The notes under the pieces are model-generated. The model saw nothing but the letters and a program-made list of their open reading frames with translations, searched no databases and had not been told where the DNA came from. This document shows positions 13,313 through 25,449 of a stretch of DNA of 64,000 nt, piece after piece. The stretch is from Ramazzottius varieornatus (lineage: Eukaryota; Animalia; Tardigrada), in contig BDGG01000009.1 of NCBI GenBank assembly GCA_001949185.1, positions 1,725,624 to 1,789,623 on the forward strand, given 5' to 3'. Within the stretch, counting starts at the first letter, position 1. Every line of letters begins with the position of its first letter. The translations under genes and the position numbers were made by a program.

Positions 13313-13819
13313 AATTGTGGTGTCCAAATGCATCAAAACACAGTTAAATCAACACCACATTCCCCTACAAAACATCTTGCACCAACATCCTTGCAGTGGA
13401 TTGCGAGTACCTAGGATCCTATCGATTTCCGAAAGCTATCTGAGCTTCGGTAATAAAGAGCTGCGGTACGAACTTTGCGATTCCAGGGTCGGCACTGCGC
13501 AGTGCATTTCAGGTGCACTGTTCGTTCGCGTTGTTCGCGCGCTTGCCATTGCTCTGTAATACGCATCCAAGAGTGCGGATCCCGAAGACCAATCAGCGAG
13601 CCCCCCATTTGTTGATATCAGCTGATCGGGGAACAAAACAAGCATCTTGAATATCAACTTCCTTCTCTAGATCTTCCTGCTCCTCAATTTTATAGTTTTC
13701 GCTCTTTCTCTGGACGTCTTTTACACAGCCAAGAGTTGGTCTGTCGTGAGTTGAGGACCGTCTTGCTGGAAGTGGTGAAGGAGGACAGTACGTTGAGGAT
13801 ATTCATCTTGGCAGTAAGC

Positions 13820-16031
13820 ATGCCGAGCCTCTGCGGAATACTGTCAATACCGCTGGAAGTCGTCTTGTTCTACCTCATATCGGTAGCGCATGGCCAGATG
13901 TCGGACCCGAGCGGACCTATCCTTGACAATATTTCCGCGACTACCCCTGTCACTCCAGCCATGCCCACCACCACGCTCAGTCCAGCTTCCAGTAAGCTCC
14001 CTTGAAGGCCACACTGACATCTGACCAGAACTTCTGTGTTGTCCTTTTCAGTTTGCCAACTGCAACAGACGTGCGAAGCATGTGTAAACGTCGAAGGAGC
14101 AAAGGTAAGACTGACATGTGTCTTCATGGCATACGAGGAAGCTAAGGCAGACGCTAAGGAGCTTCCCCTATGGAAGTCATGATGGGAAATTAATTCGTGA
14201 AATATTACTAAAAATGACCTGGTCATTCGAGAGGACAAAGGAGAAAGCTAGCTTCGGTTACAGAGACAATTAGGATCCGAACTCCTTCCATCGCGTCCAG
14301 AATTCCTGGCGAAAGGGCTGAAGGAAGCGTTGGTCGTTGGTGAAGAGGAGGTTCTCGTGGTGGTTCTTGAAACAAGCCTCGCTGCTGTTGCATGATCCAT
14401 AAGACAGAAACTTGACGTCTACCAGGAGGAATTTTTGATGGAAGAGGCTTTGGCCATGGTCCTTGTGTCCGTGCAGTGCCAGGCGACATGCTGGTGAGTG
14501 ACGGTACACTTTGAAGAAGATGTTGTCACCGTTCAGCTTGTCGGCAGAAATGGCCTTGCTCAGCTCGTTGACGATGATGCGAACGACGACGCCGCGTTGG
14601 GCTGCATCTCTCAGCGCCGCGCAGATGTAACCAGAGAGCGTCATGGAAGCCAGGCAGATGGTCCTCTTGGCATCTTGCAACATGGTCAAGTTGTGCAGTG
14701 CTCGGCCGTCCACTCCGCCGGAAGGCTTGAAGATGATGACGTGATGGTAAATGCCTCTCTTTGTCGCTGTTGACACTGTCGCGTTGGAAGAGGAGGATGA
14801 TGATGATGGTCAGGGGGGTGGAGAGGCAGCTTCCGCTTCGCTGGACTCAGACTTGCATGGCTTTGCTGGGCTTTGGCCATGTGTCTTGCCAGCTCTTGAC
14901 TCTTTGGCTGTCCCGTTCCCGTATAGGTGTCTCCGAAGAAACCATGCAGCCACGGAACTTGCAATGAAGACACTCACCGGCCATGCATAATCTCCCCAGA
15001 ATGTGTCCATCAGGCATATCTGACAGGATTGTCAAGTTCTCTCGATGGCCACTTTCTGCCGTTGGCTTGTCTGAAACAGAAGAACATAATTATCACAGGC
15101 AGCGACCCATCTTCGAATAGGATTAACATAACGTCGGGGAGTCTGACTTCCCAGCCGATCTTTCGGGAACGAAGATTGAAGAAGTAGGGCTTTAAGTTAG
15201 TGAGCAAGGCCCGCAATGGCCTGGAAAATGCAAAAATAATATCGGTGAAATTGTGTTTGTATGTCATGTGGTGTAACGTGATGTAATGAGTCATGACGGT
15301 CGAACCCGGAAGTTGATGTTTTATGTTACAGTAGGTGTACTGCTGCCTCTCTGTCGGCTTAAAATTTCTTCCTTTTAGTGCTACTACTGCCGGAACAACA
15401 GTAGTGGCCGAGCAGGATGCCACTTGTATCCTGCGGAACACGTCTTTCCGAGAAGTGATGAATGTCCACTCGCAGATGCTCGCTGGGGAACCTGTTGGGG
15501 TGAGCGATGACAGTAACTGTCATGCCTTCTATCCTTCGTCTTTTATCGGCTTTTTCTTTTGCAGTCAACTTTGAAGCATTGATCATAACTATGGGAATCG
15601 TCGGCGGACTTTTGCTCGTGACGGTCCTCACTACCCTTTACTGTTGTTGCTGTCGCCGAAACAGGTATTAAAATTCCTTGATAGGTTCTCCTGTACTTGT
15701 ATCTTGCTGGTAATGATTTTCTCTGTCTAGAGGAGCGCACTCTGATGTCCAGGAGCTGAGATGGGAACGAGAAACGACGGAAAGGCAACAGCGTCATGCT
15801 GACAGGTAAGGAGAAGCTTAGCTAACTTGGTGCTTATTTTGACTGTTCTTGAGCTATTCTTTGCTCTACACTCTACAGGCGGGCCGAAAGAGAAGCAAAG
15901 ATGGCTGGTATCCGGGAAAAATATGGTCAGTTAGCTGGAATCTTCAGGTTAAACGAGCTCTTGAGTCTAGAGAAGTTCTGGCTTTTGCAGGTCTCACTCG
16001 GCAATCGCCGCCTTACGAACCCATGGCTTGA
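13820..16031 (+). CDS. PTTG1IP: PTTG1-interacting protein (PBF)-like single-pass PSI-domain protein
   Basis: Signal peptide and Thr/Pro-rich stretch, then CQLQQTCEACV|CYYC...CPLADARWGTCW|VNFEALIITMGIVGGLLLVTVLTTLYCCCCRR, a charged tail, and IREKYG|LTRQSPPYEPMA*. All exons are in phase. Confidence 0.85.
14270..15010 (-). pseudogene. PLD6: Intronless Zucchini/MitoPLD (PLD6)-like gene with one in-frame TGA, nested in PTTG1IP intron 2
   Basis: N-terminal hydrophobic anchor, then LQDAKRTICLA, AAQRGVVVRIIV, a single HKD motif HQKFLLVD with GSCN, and NHHENLLFTND. ORFs 14810-15010 and 14270-14776 share a frame and are separated by TGA at 14810-14812. Confidence 0.82.
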
Positions 16032-16149
16032 TGAGCTATCCATCGGCACGCAGCGCCTCAGCCCCTATTATGCTGCTCGTCACTTTCCCAAGTGCATTCA
16101 GTCAATCAATCAACTTTCCAGGCAGGCTATCTTCTGATTCTTCTCATAT

Positions 16150-17779
16150 TAGGTTTAGTTTTAGGTTTGGGTTTATTGGTTTAAAGTCCATCAGCACGGG
16201 AACTTGTCCCATCAAGGCCACAGGACATCACAATATCGGTAGAATACAGTCGGAAAAGAGTATCATTTGTAAAGTTAGCATTTCAGGTCTGGCAGATGTT
16301 GATTTTGCCACTTTGGCTGCTTAGCCATCTTTCTTCGTCAGAGGACGGTTTCTCAGTCCGAGCTCAGCTAACAGGGCTTCTGAGACTGTGGGCTACCGGA
16401 TCCACTCACTAAGGAGTTTACCCCGGTCCATGGTTCCGTTTGCAATCAACCTTGCTAGGCCAACATTAGAGTGGCTGTCGCAGGAGGGCTCCGTATACCA
16501 CTATTCCCAAAATGTTTGTCTTGACCACCCTTTGCTTACAATAATCAACGGAAAGAGATCAGAACAATAAGTCAGAAGGAAAAAGTCGGTTTAGCAAAGG
16601 AAAAGACTTCCAGTCAACAGACTCGAGAGCTAGTTCAAATTTCCACTTAGTTTCATAGGCAGCAGCTGGGATGTCCAGCGAGTTCCACAAGCTACACATT
16701 ATCCCGACGAAGGAGTCAGGACTGGTGAGTAACTTTCGACCATTCAGGAAGGAGCCAGTGGGCTGAACGGGACAGGGATGCGTGCGTATTCTGTCCAGAC
16801 TTCGCGTTGAGGACGAGGGACCAAACCCTCTGGAATTTCTAAGGGCTGGAAAAGACAAGAACCCAACGACACCTTACCAACAATAAGTTTGTAAGCAAGA
16901 GATAGTGACAGTTTTATCCGCCGAATCAACTGGCTATTCCATCCAACTTCCAAAGCAGTGAAGTGATACCGTTCGTGATCAGACCAGCTAGGGCTATCAC
17001 TAAGCCGAACTGTGCGGAGAAACTTACCAGCGCACTTTTCAGTTTCTCTGAGGGTACCTACCAGCGACGACCACACAACCGATGGACAATAGTCAAGTAA
17101 AGATTGCACTAGTGCATCAAACAGCCTGATGCATGCTGCCGAGTTCCTGTACTTGAACAAGGAATTCAAATATCGGATTCGCTTACGGACTGACGCGCAT
17201 TTGGCAGACCAGTGAGCCGTCCAGGTTAGTCTGCTGTCGATGTGGATACCCAGGTAGTTGACGGTGAGCGCACTAGGTTGTGGACGAGAAACTAAAATAT
17301 CATCTGCGAAAAGACTGAGACAAGTGCCAGGCGATACAACAGTACTTATATCAGACATCAGAACAATAAATAAGATCGGACCAAGAACAGATCCCTGAGG
17401 GACTCCACTTGTTACGGGCAAGAAGTCCGATGACTTACCGTTCACAGTAACCACCTGTCGTCGGTTCGACAGATAGCTCTCTACCAATCTTCTGCACTGA
17501 GTTGGGACTCCAAACATCTCTAACTTCTGTAACATCACTTTGTGATCGACCCGATCAAACGCTTTCGTGCAGTCCAAAAACACTGCATCGATCTCAACCT
17601 TGCTGTGATTTACGTCTGCCCAGAACTGGGTTATCAGTAGACTAGCGAGCTCCGTTGAGTGACCCTCACGAAAACCGAACTGATTACTCCCAAATGCATT
17701 CCTGCCTTCCAGGAAGTTACGGAGTCGTTTACCGATTACCTTTTCAAAACACTTGGATATTGGGTGTAAGATGGAGATA
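16150..17779 (-). mobile_element. 5'-truncated LINE (CR1/L2/Jockey-type reverse transcriptase), decayed
   Basis: ISILHPISKCFEK, NQFGFREGHST, FLDCTKAFDRVDH, GVPQGSVLGPILF, LFADD, YLGIHIDSRLTW. 3' AATAAA and (AAACCT)-like tail. 9-bp TSD TTCTCATAT at 16141-16149 and 17780-17788. Confidence 0.92.
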
Positions 17780-17950
17780 TTCTCATATCATATTATTTTC
17801 ATCGTGCTCTTACTCACTTCGAAGCGGTAATTTCGATCATAGATCGCTGTCTGAACCAGTTTGAATACACTGTGTTACAGTCTTTTTGACGCTGTTCTCT
17901 GGGGGAAAAAATGGTCTAACATATTGGCAGACGAGCTTTTGTGAGCATAT

Positions 17951-20900
17951 TTACAAATGTGGGTGGCGAAGAGCAGTGGGTAAGTCGGTGGTCATCTTGC
18001 GCAGAGTCAGCGGTGGATCGAGCTTGCGTTTCGACTTCGCTGGAGTCAGCTGTAAGGAAGACTATATGATCAGTGGTTCAATGCCTCTTCTTCCTAGATG
18101 CAGGTCGTGTCGTGTCATTAGTGACACTTTATTATAACAGCGTACCATGTCGTGGGCCTCGTTTTCTTCGCGGATCTTTACGATTCGTTGGACTTTCTGT
18201 CGTACCTCCTGGTAGAATGTGGCCTCTGCAGTGAGATTCTCCGCAGTTTTAACATAGTACTGTTCTACGAGGTGTCGTTCTAAAGCATCCCGTGGCTGAA
18301 ATCGGCAGAGAGCACTCATTACGTAGGAGCTGCTTGACTTTAAAACTAGCTAGTGGTTCCGACCACTGGGAAGGCCGAGCAGAAGCAAAGAAGCACAAGT
18401 TTTGCCAGTAAAAACTTTTGCTACTCGGATCAAGTTGCGCACTGGTTTTCAGTACAGAGGTCGCGATATGTGAAAGCTGGAAGAATCTGATCGTCCATTG
18501 AAATTTCAAGAGACTTAAAAAGGCCTGGCTTCGCTCGGCCTGACAATGAGAGGTGCTTACGGCTGCTTTGAAGGCAATGGGTACGGTGGCCTTGTCTGTT
18601 CTTGGACTGCCAAGTAATCCATTGGGTGGAGGAGCTTCGTCTTTTGCCGAGACAGCCAGGGCTGCATTCAGCGAGGGCCGAGTAACTGGTCGAGTTATTG
18701 CAGTAGAAGGCGCTGTTGCTGACGCTGTCCCAAGCGGAGGTCCCACAAGCAGGTTCTCCTTCTTCACTTCCTTACTCTCCTCGACACAGCTTCTGACGAA
18801 CCACTCATCGAAAACCGCCAGTAGCTTCTTTCGACTTTCAGCAAGCTGGTGGTGTAAAGTCTCAAGGTCCGCTCTGCACAACTTGAGATCTGCTTTCCCG
18901 GTTTCGATCAGATATTGCAGATGCTGTCGGCCGCATAAAAGAATATCCGTCATATGACCAGCTTTATATGGGAATGAAATTTGTGAGTAAGTACCTGCAG
19001 AGAGCATCTCAGTTTATACTCGTCGAATGTGACGATGGGAATTTCGGCGCTGGACTTTGTGCTTGTCCGGCATCGAGTCGAAACCAGGCTCGCCAACTTG
19101 GAGCTTTCTATTTCCATCTCTTCCATCCACAAGTTGATTGCAGCCGCCAAGGACAGCGCCGTCTTTTCCTTAACGGCGACCATCTCTACCCCGATAGTTG
19201 TCTCGTGCAAATATGTCGTTAAGCTTTGCACTATGTGGAGGGCAAAAGCGGCAACTTACGCCTTTGGGTCTGGACATTGCTGGCCATGTGGGTGCCATTG
19301 GGGTACTTTGTGGTGAAAAAGGCATAGGCTTCGGCTTTAGTGAGGGCTTGTGGCAGCGGGTTTACAGCTTGAGCTGCCTTTGCTGCTGCCGCTGGAAAGA
19401 AGGAAGGTGCTGGCACAGTCAGCTTAGCTTCCGAGGCGCCTTGTTGAGCCAACTTGCCTCCATTGTTGGCCGAGAGAGCTTCCTCCTGCTAAACAAGTAA
19501 GGCAAAAGTCGCTTAGGTTACGGTATCAGCCAGCGGAAGGCAGGAAGGATATACTTTGGAGGTTGCGGGAGGCGGCAGGGCAGACTCCAGCCGAAGGTTG
19601 CTGTCGGAGGCTGCAGCAAGGAGAGGAGACTGAGCTAGGCGCTTCTTGCCACTTTGTCGGCTGGAAGGAGCCTTCTTGGCGTTGGATACGCTAGCTTTCT
19701 CACTTTTCACTGTCTTCTCATCCTTCTCGTTCTTCTTTCTGAGGAGACCTTTGACTCCTTTCCACTTTGTCGCCGAGGGTGCACTGCCTATTGCCAGGCC
19801 TTCTGCAACAGTCCACTATCTTTGTCAACCAAGAGCTATAAAGACAGCACCAACCGACATTCAGCATGTCTCTTTACCCTTTTCATCCACCTCACCCACT
19901 CCTTCGACGTCGAAGGGGTTACTTTGAGGACTGGCCTTTCCGTCGTCGCCCTCGTTGGCAGTGTGGCTGGTGTCACGCCCACCTGGTAGGCTGTCGGCTA
20001 TATCTACCGGCTCCATGGCAAGTTCCCCATCTCTGTGTCGAAAAACAGTTACCCCTTCCAGCTGATGCAGTTGACCGCCAAGCACTTGACTTACTTGGCA
20101 AACTTTTTCATCAGCTGCAGAAAGTTCTCCAGTTGTTTGTAAGTACTGAACTTGGGCATGGCCATCCGTCCATCCATGTAGTCTCGCACATCTCGCGCAC
20201 TGCGGAAGTAATCCTGCGCACCAGTGTGCAAAGCATATTCGGCAGACTCGCGCGAATTCTGAAGGATAAATCACTGTTTGAGCACAATAACTTTTCCTTT
20301 ACAGGACGTTCAAAGGCGCCACTCTTATAGACAAATTTTACCAACAAATCATACATTCGCAGTTCAGTCCGCAGCATGTTGGCCTCCTCCACCTTCTTCC
20401 TATAGGCGGCCACGTTGTCTACTTGTCCATTGGGTACAGGGCGCACCAAGATACCTTTGAAGCGCGATGAGAAGCGCAAGCTGGATATCTGAAGCAGCAT
20501 TAACACAGGCAAGTTTACGCCATGCCGGCCTTCTAGTGATAACACCTGTCGTACTACTGACCGATTGTTCAAGGTTTTCCGCTTCGCCCGATATGCACAC
20601 CAAGACCGTTAGCAGCGACTTTTCGCTGGTCAAAATGTCCTTCAGCGCGTAAACCAGCTTGGATTGGCGGCATGGAATTTTGTCAACGGCTAATTGGCCG
20701 GTGAGTTTCATCGACACGGCCTTCTCCAGCAGACTGATGGACTTGTTGACTGTCAGCAGGACATTATGGGTGCCGGGCAGGACTCTCTACAAGAAGCAAG
20801 CCAGTGAGGACCACAAATCGAAGATGAGACTGGTTGATAGTTCAAAGCCTTACTGCAAAGTCCCGAAGGTTAGTGGTGCTGCCCAGCTCCAGAAAAGTCA

Positions 20901-22550
20901 ACTTTGACACGGTGAATATCTCCTCCGTAAGATTTTTGGAATGGATCTACCGAAACAGAAAGCCGTCAATTGCATTCCAGCCAGCACAAGGTTGTAATTG
21001 TAAAGTGGGCTATCGTTTCGACTAGGAGAACCTCGAAGTAGATGGTGAAGAATGTGCTGTACTCAACAGGAAGCCCTCTGTAGCTTCTCAGCATCCGCCT
21101 TCTTCCATAATTGGCCTACAGAAATAATACATCTTAGGTAAGGGCTGTCGAATACCATTTTTACTGCTTGGATCAGGGCAGAAAGTCTGGAGATGGACCT
21201 ACCAGGAAGTAGATGATGAGCGCCTCTTCCTCGTTGGTGGGCCGTGCATAGGCCAGCTCCTTGACATAGGCCAGATTATGGTAGGTGCATTCCGTCATCA
21301 CATCAACAAAGCGCTCCCTCAGCAAGTCCATCATTCTTTCTCCCACCAAATCAAAGTATGATATACTGAAAGGAAAGCATTTCGGCCGGCAGTCATAATG
21401 AAAGGTTGATCAAGTCGTCCGACCCACCTGACACGAATGTCCAATTCATGGCGTCGATTTCCTATTTCCTCAAAGACCTTATGCAGCGCTCTGGGAATCA
21501 TTCCGCGGTAGTCAAAGTTTGCATCTTCGCCACAGGACGTGTAAGTCTTGCCCGTACCTTTCCTCCCACAGAGCAAAACGAGGCTGTTGACACCCTCCAA
21601 GGCTCTGTCCAAGGCTGGCACCAACGTCTCCTGGAAGACTTCCTCCTGCGTTCCGCCGTAAAAGACGCGCTTGAAATTGAACATCCATCTGCTAGACTCG
21701 CCAGCATTCAGCTTGCTCGGCTGAAGGACTTCCAAAACCTGCATCATACCCCTCACATACAAAAACCCTGTGTTTCTGCAGACATTCGCAAAGCAATTTC
21801 CCCTTGCAAGGTAGCTCGTCGGCAAATGAGGATATTCAGATCCCTTTCCCAAGTAGCGCACATCGTCAGCCATTAACAATGTAACGTGCGCCACTTGAGA
21901 GGACGATCCCACTGCAATCATTTGCCGACGTCCCGTGTCCCGTACACGTGTACCTGATTCCCCGGGTGAATGATAATGCGATCGGAAGCGTAATACGTCG
22001 TAGGCTGGATCCGGCAGATAAGTCTGACATTGGGGTTCTTGGCAGGATTAATCTTGGTGCGGTGAGGATTAGGTGCAGGAGGAAGTAGTCGCCGTGACAC
22101 TCTGGGCTTGCGTATACGGAGGGGACAATCACTTGCCGCTGCAATGTTGCGCATAACTTTGCTCAAACATCTGCGTACAGCAACCTTCGAGTGGCCGCTG
22201 GAAGGCGACAGAGAGCGAAAGCCATGACTGTGGTTATCCGTCGTACTTTTCGCCACTTCTTCAACAGGGCCTTTCACATTATCCTTCGAGCCTTTCAGGC
22301 CGTCCTTGTGGCCTTTTCCCGCTTCGCTTTTGACCGCATGGGCATTTTCGGTGGCGTTCAAGACAGAAGGCGGCGCGTTAGTCTTGGGAAGTGCTGAAGC
22401 GGAAGGCGGAGGTGGCGGATTTGGGCCTGGCTTTGCCGATAGAGGAATGGCGGCTGACGGAGCGGCCATCACACCGGCTAAAGAGGAACTAATAAGCAAG
22501 CTTTCGGCTTTGACTCCCTCATTAGAAAGATCACCTTGAAAAGTAGCCAT
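17951..22550 (-). CDS. Kinesin-9 family (KIF9/KIF6-like) protein with degenerate switch motifs
   Basis: FNFKRVFYGGTQEEVF, GVNSLVLLCGRKGTGKTYT, YRGMIPRALHKVF, KIPCRQSKLVYALKDIL, LRTELRMYDL, and C-terminal RKKLLAVFDEWF, typical of KIF9. Multi-exon. Confidence 0.8.
18346..18543 (-). mobile_element. Non-autonomous Helitron/Helentron-like repeat, copy 2 (in kinesin intron)
   Basis: Aligns with 5309-5534 (CTAGCTAGTGGTTCCGACCACTGGGAAGGCCGAGC...GAAAGCTGGAAGAATCTGATCGTC...GCTTCGCTCGGCCTGA). Confidence 0.72.
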
Positions 22551-22817
22551 GACATTTGCGCTCCCAAACTTGTCCACAGAGGGAATGAACGCAACCAACG
22601 TAAACACATGTGACATGTAGACATTAAGCTTTTATTTCCGGCCAGTAAGACTAAAAAGCAACATGTATAACGATATACCGCCTAGAACTGAGGTTGTGGT
22701 AGAACCATTACTGAGTAAGAAGATAAGAGGAGTGAAAAATACAAAAAGATCATCTAGGTTGACAAAAGCGCTTACAGTACATCAGTAGGACAGAAGCTGC
22801 TAGTCAGGAAACGACCA

Positions 22818-24377
22818 TTACGAGCCACCAATTGCCCGTTCGATGTCGTGTTCGAAAATGGCAATGACCACCATAATAGCCACTCCGGTTAGCAGGCCAA
22901 AGTTTTGGAGTAATAGATGCCACAGAGGCGACTCACCCTTCTTGGCTTCCATAGGACGCAGTTCGGGCAAGAGGTCCACCAGGGCAATATACAGAAAGCC
23001 ACCGGCAGCTAAGGCAAAAATCCACGAGCCCGTCGTATTGTGCAACTGACCCAGAGTAACACCAATGATCATGCCGATGAAACTAATCACACTGGAGACC
23101 AGATTGTAAAAAACAGCCATCTTTACACTCATCCCAGCCCGTAGCAGCACGGCGAAATCACCTAGCTCATGAGGTATTTCGTGGAGGAGGACCGCCAGCG
23201 AAGTACTCAACCCTCCGGAGACCGTCTTGAAGGCCACACCGACACTCAGCCCATCTATCAGATTATGACTGCAAGATCGAAAAAACGTCAGCCATCTTGC
23301 CATCCTTCAATATGCCAAAGCTGAATAGGAGGACGTCGGACAATGCATCACACGTGGTCCTTATCTTCAGTGGCGCACGTAGCCAGCCAATACCAGTGCA
23401 GACGTGCGCCACCTGGGAATCACTAGTCTATTCGTTTGCCGCCGTTCCAGAGGCAAAGGTGTAAAGACACATGGTGGACTGAAGGTTATAGCGAGAGTAA
23501 ATAAGACCTACATGCCATCACCTAAGACGACCATCCAGGCGACGGAAGCAATGTTGGTAGGCGCCTGATGATGGTGACCATGTGAGTGACTGTGTCCGTG
23601 GTGGTTATTCAATTCCTCCTTCTCCGGCGCAAGGGAGTTTGAGTTGGGCTCCTCTTTCCCGCAGAGTAAGGACTGCATGGCCATCTGATCCACCGGAAGA
23701 CCTATCCAAAAGATCATGTCACAGTTACAGCTATAGAAAAGGCTGAGAAGAACAACCGGCAAATTACTCTGATATAATATACCATTCTTATCCGCTTCGG
23801 AATCACAGACCATGACGCACTGGTTGGCCGTTGTTCCCGACAGTTTGAATCCAACGACATGAGTGTGGCACCTATCGTGGAGCTGGCCGTTATTAGTCGG
23901 CGTACGCTTCTCGACCGTCGTTGACGACAGGTGGGTCACCTCCTTCCTGTTCTTGAACTCGCGAAAGAGGCCCATCAAGCGTTCAATGAGGAAGAAGGCA
24001 TAAATACCCCCAAAGCATACTAAACACTTCCAGATGATGGTTCTATGGTCTTGGTCTTCATGTGCGTGGTGGTGTTCTTTGGTGGAGTTAGCTGCACTAT
24101 GATTGTGCACTTCGGCGTGGTGATGGCTGTGGCTTCCTCCGTCATGTCCATGAAGGCCCAAGGCCATGGGCAAGAGATGTAGCAAGGCGTCTCCAGCCAA
24201 CGAGCCAGCTGCCATTGCCACCAGGAACTGCAGCAGATGGTTATACATGACGCGGTTGACGATGGGAACGAGGAGGATACCCAGCAGGCCAACCAGGCTG
24301 AGGATGAGGATGGAGACGGAGGCGTATACCCACGGCTGCCAGTGGTTGATGCCGTACTGCTGCTCACCCTCCTCCAT
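22818..24377 (-). CDS. LIV-1 subfamily ZIP zinc transporter (SLC39A6/A10/foi-like); 5' end uncertain
   Basis: LLQFLVAMAAGSLAGDALLHLLP, His-rich loops, IASVAWMVVLGDGM|HNLIDGL, HEIPHELGDFAVLL (HEXPHE motif), GFLYIALVDLLPEL. Confidence 0.92.
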
Positions 24378-25449
24378 GACGGTCTGCCGATCAGGAAATA
24401 CTACCAGACAAGCCCCCCATTAGTATACCACACATGATGGCCGAATCGACAAGCCAAGTGTCATTCATACCTTGAAATTAATGACGCCTTCAAGCCAGTT
24501 AGCTGATGATACGACGAATGTTCAGACCATCGCAGCTCTGCTCTATACCAAGGATCAAAACATCGCCAGCAGATCAGTCTGTCGACTTCCCACTGCGTCC
24601 ATATGAGGGGTATCCTGGCGGACCACTCCCTACATAGTCCGAGGTTGTGAAAGCGGTCACAGCTCGTTCCCGCAGCCCTCACGAAAGGTGGAGGCCAGAT
24701 TAAGCCGAGTCAGCGGCCTCCTCCACCTTCTGGGAGGCGGTAACGGCTTCCAGGTCGTCAGCAACAAGCCACAGCTAGGTCACGTCGGTAGCTGCAACCA
24801 CCAACCTTTTCCTTTCAGCCAACTGCAAGTTGCGTAAGAAAGGATGTGGAAGCATCTAAGGAGTGAGAAGATTTCTTAAGATTCTAAAGTTTGAAGGGAT
24901 GCTCTTATGACTTATGAGTATGGATTTACGCAATATCGCGCATGAACGAAACGCCCGGGGCTGAATGGGAACCGAAGGTGCAAATAAACTTCCTACCCGG
25001 AGTTTTGTGCCAGAGATCACAAGGACATGGGAAAAAAGCCTTGGGCAGATCGCCAGATCCCCGGGTTTGCCTATTGAACTGTACTCGCCAGAAATTTCTC
25101 TAGAAATTTTGGCCAAAATTAAAACATCGCCAGAGTGAGTCCAGTATAGTCATCAAGGTTTTGTCAATCAACTGCTGAATAAGCTCAGCTTTCATCGAAC
25201 ACAGCTACAAGGCTGTGCCGCACCTGAGATCATAGTCTTGATTGCTTGATACAGTCGGATGCTGCATTGCATCAGTCTTCAGCAGGTTCCGGTGATTCTC
25301 CTACGATCATCTGCTTATCTTCCGTTTCCTCGTTGTTCTTCTTGTTGAGCTGGATAACGGTGAGTCGCTGACCAACCCACATCGTCGCCATCAGTTGGTA
25401 GCGGATCATTGGACTGACCAAGCCACTTCTGTTTCAGGTTGGCTGTCCA

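Noticed and set aside
14810-14812. Selenocysteine recoding of the TGA in the PLD6-like frame
   Set aside because: It lies in a Ser-rich linker (TCA repeats), not at a conserved Cys, and I could not identify a SECIS.
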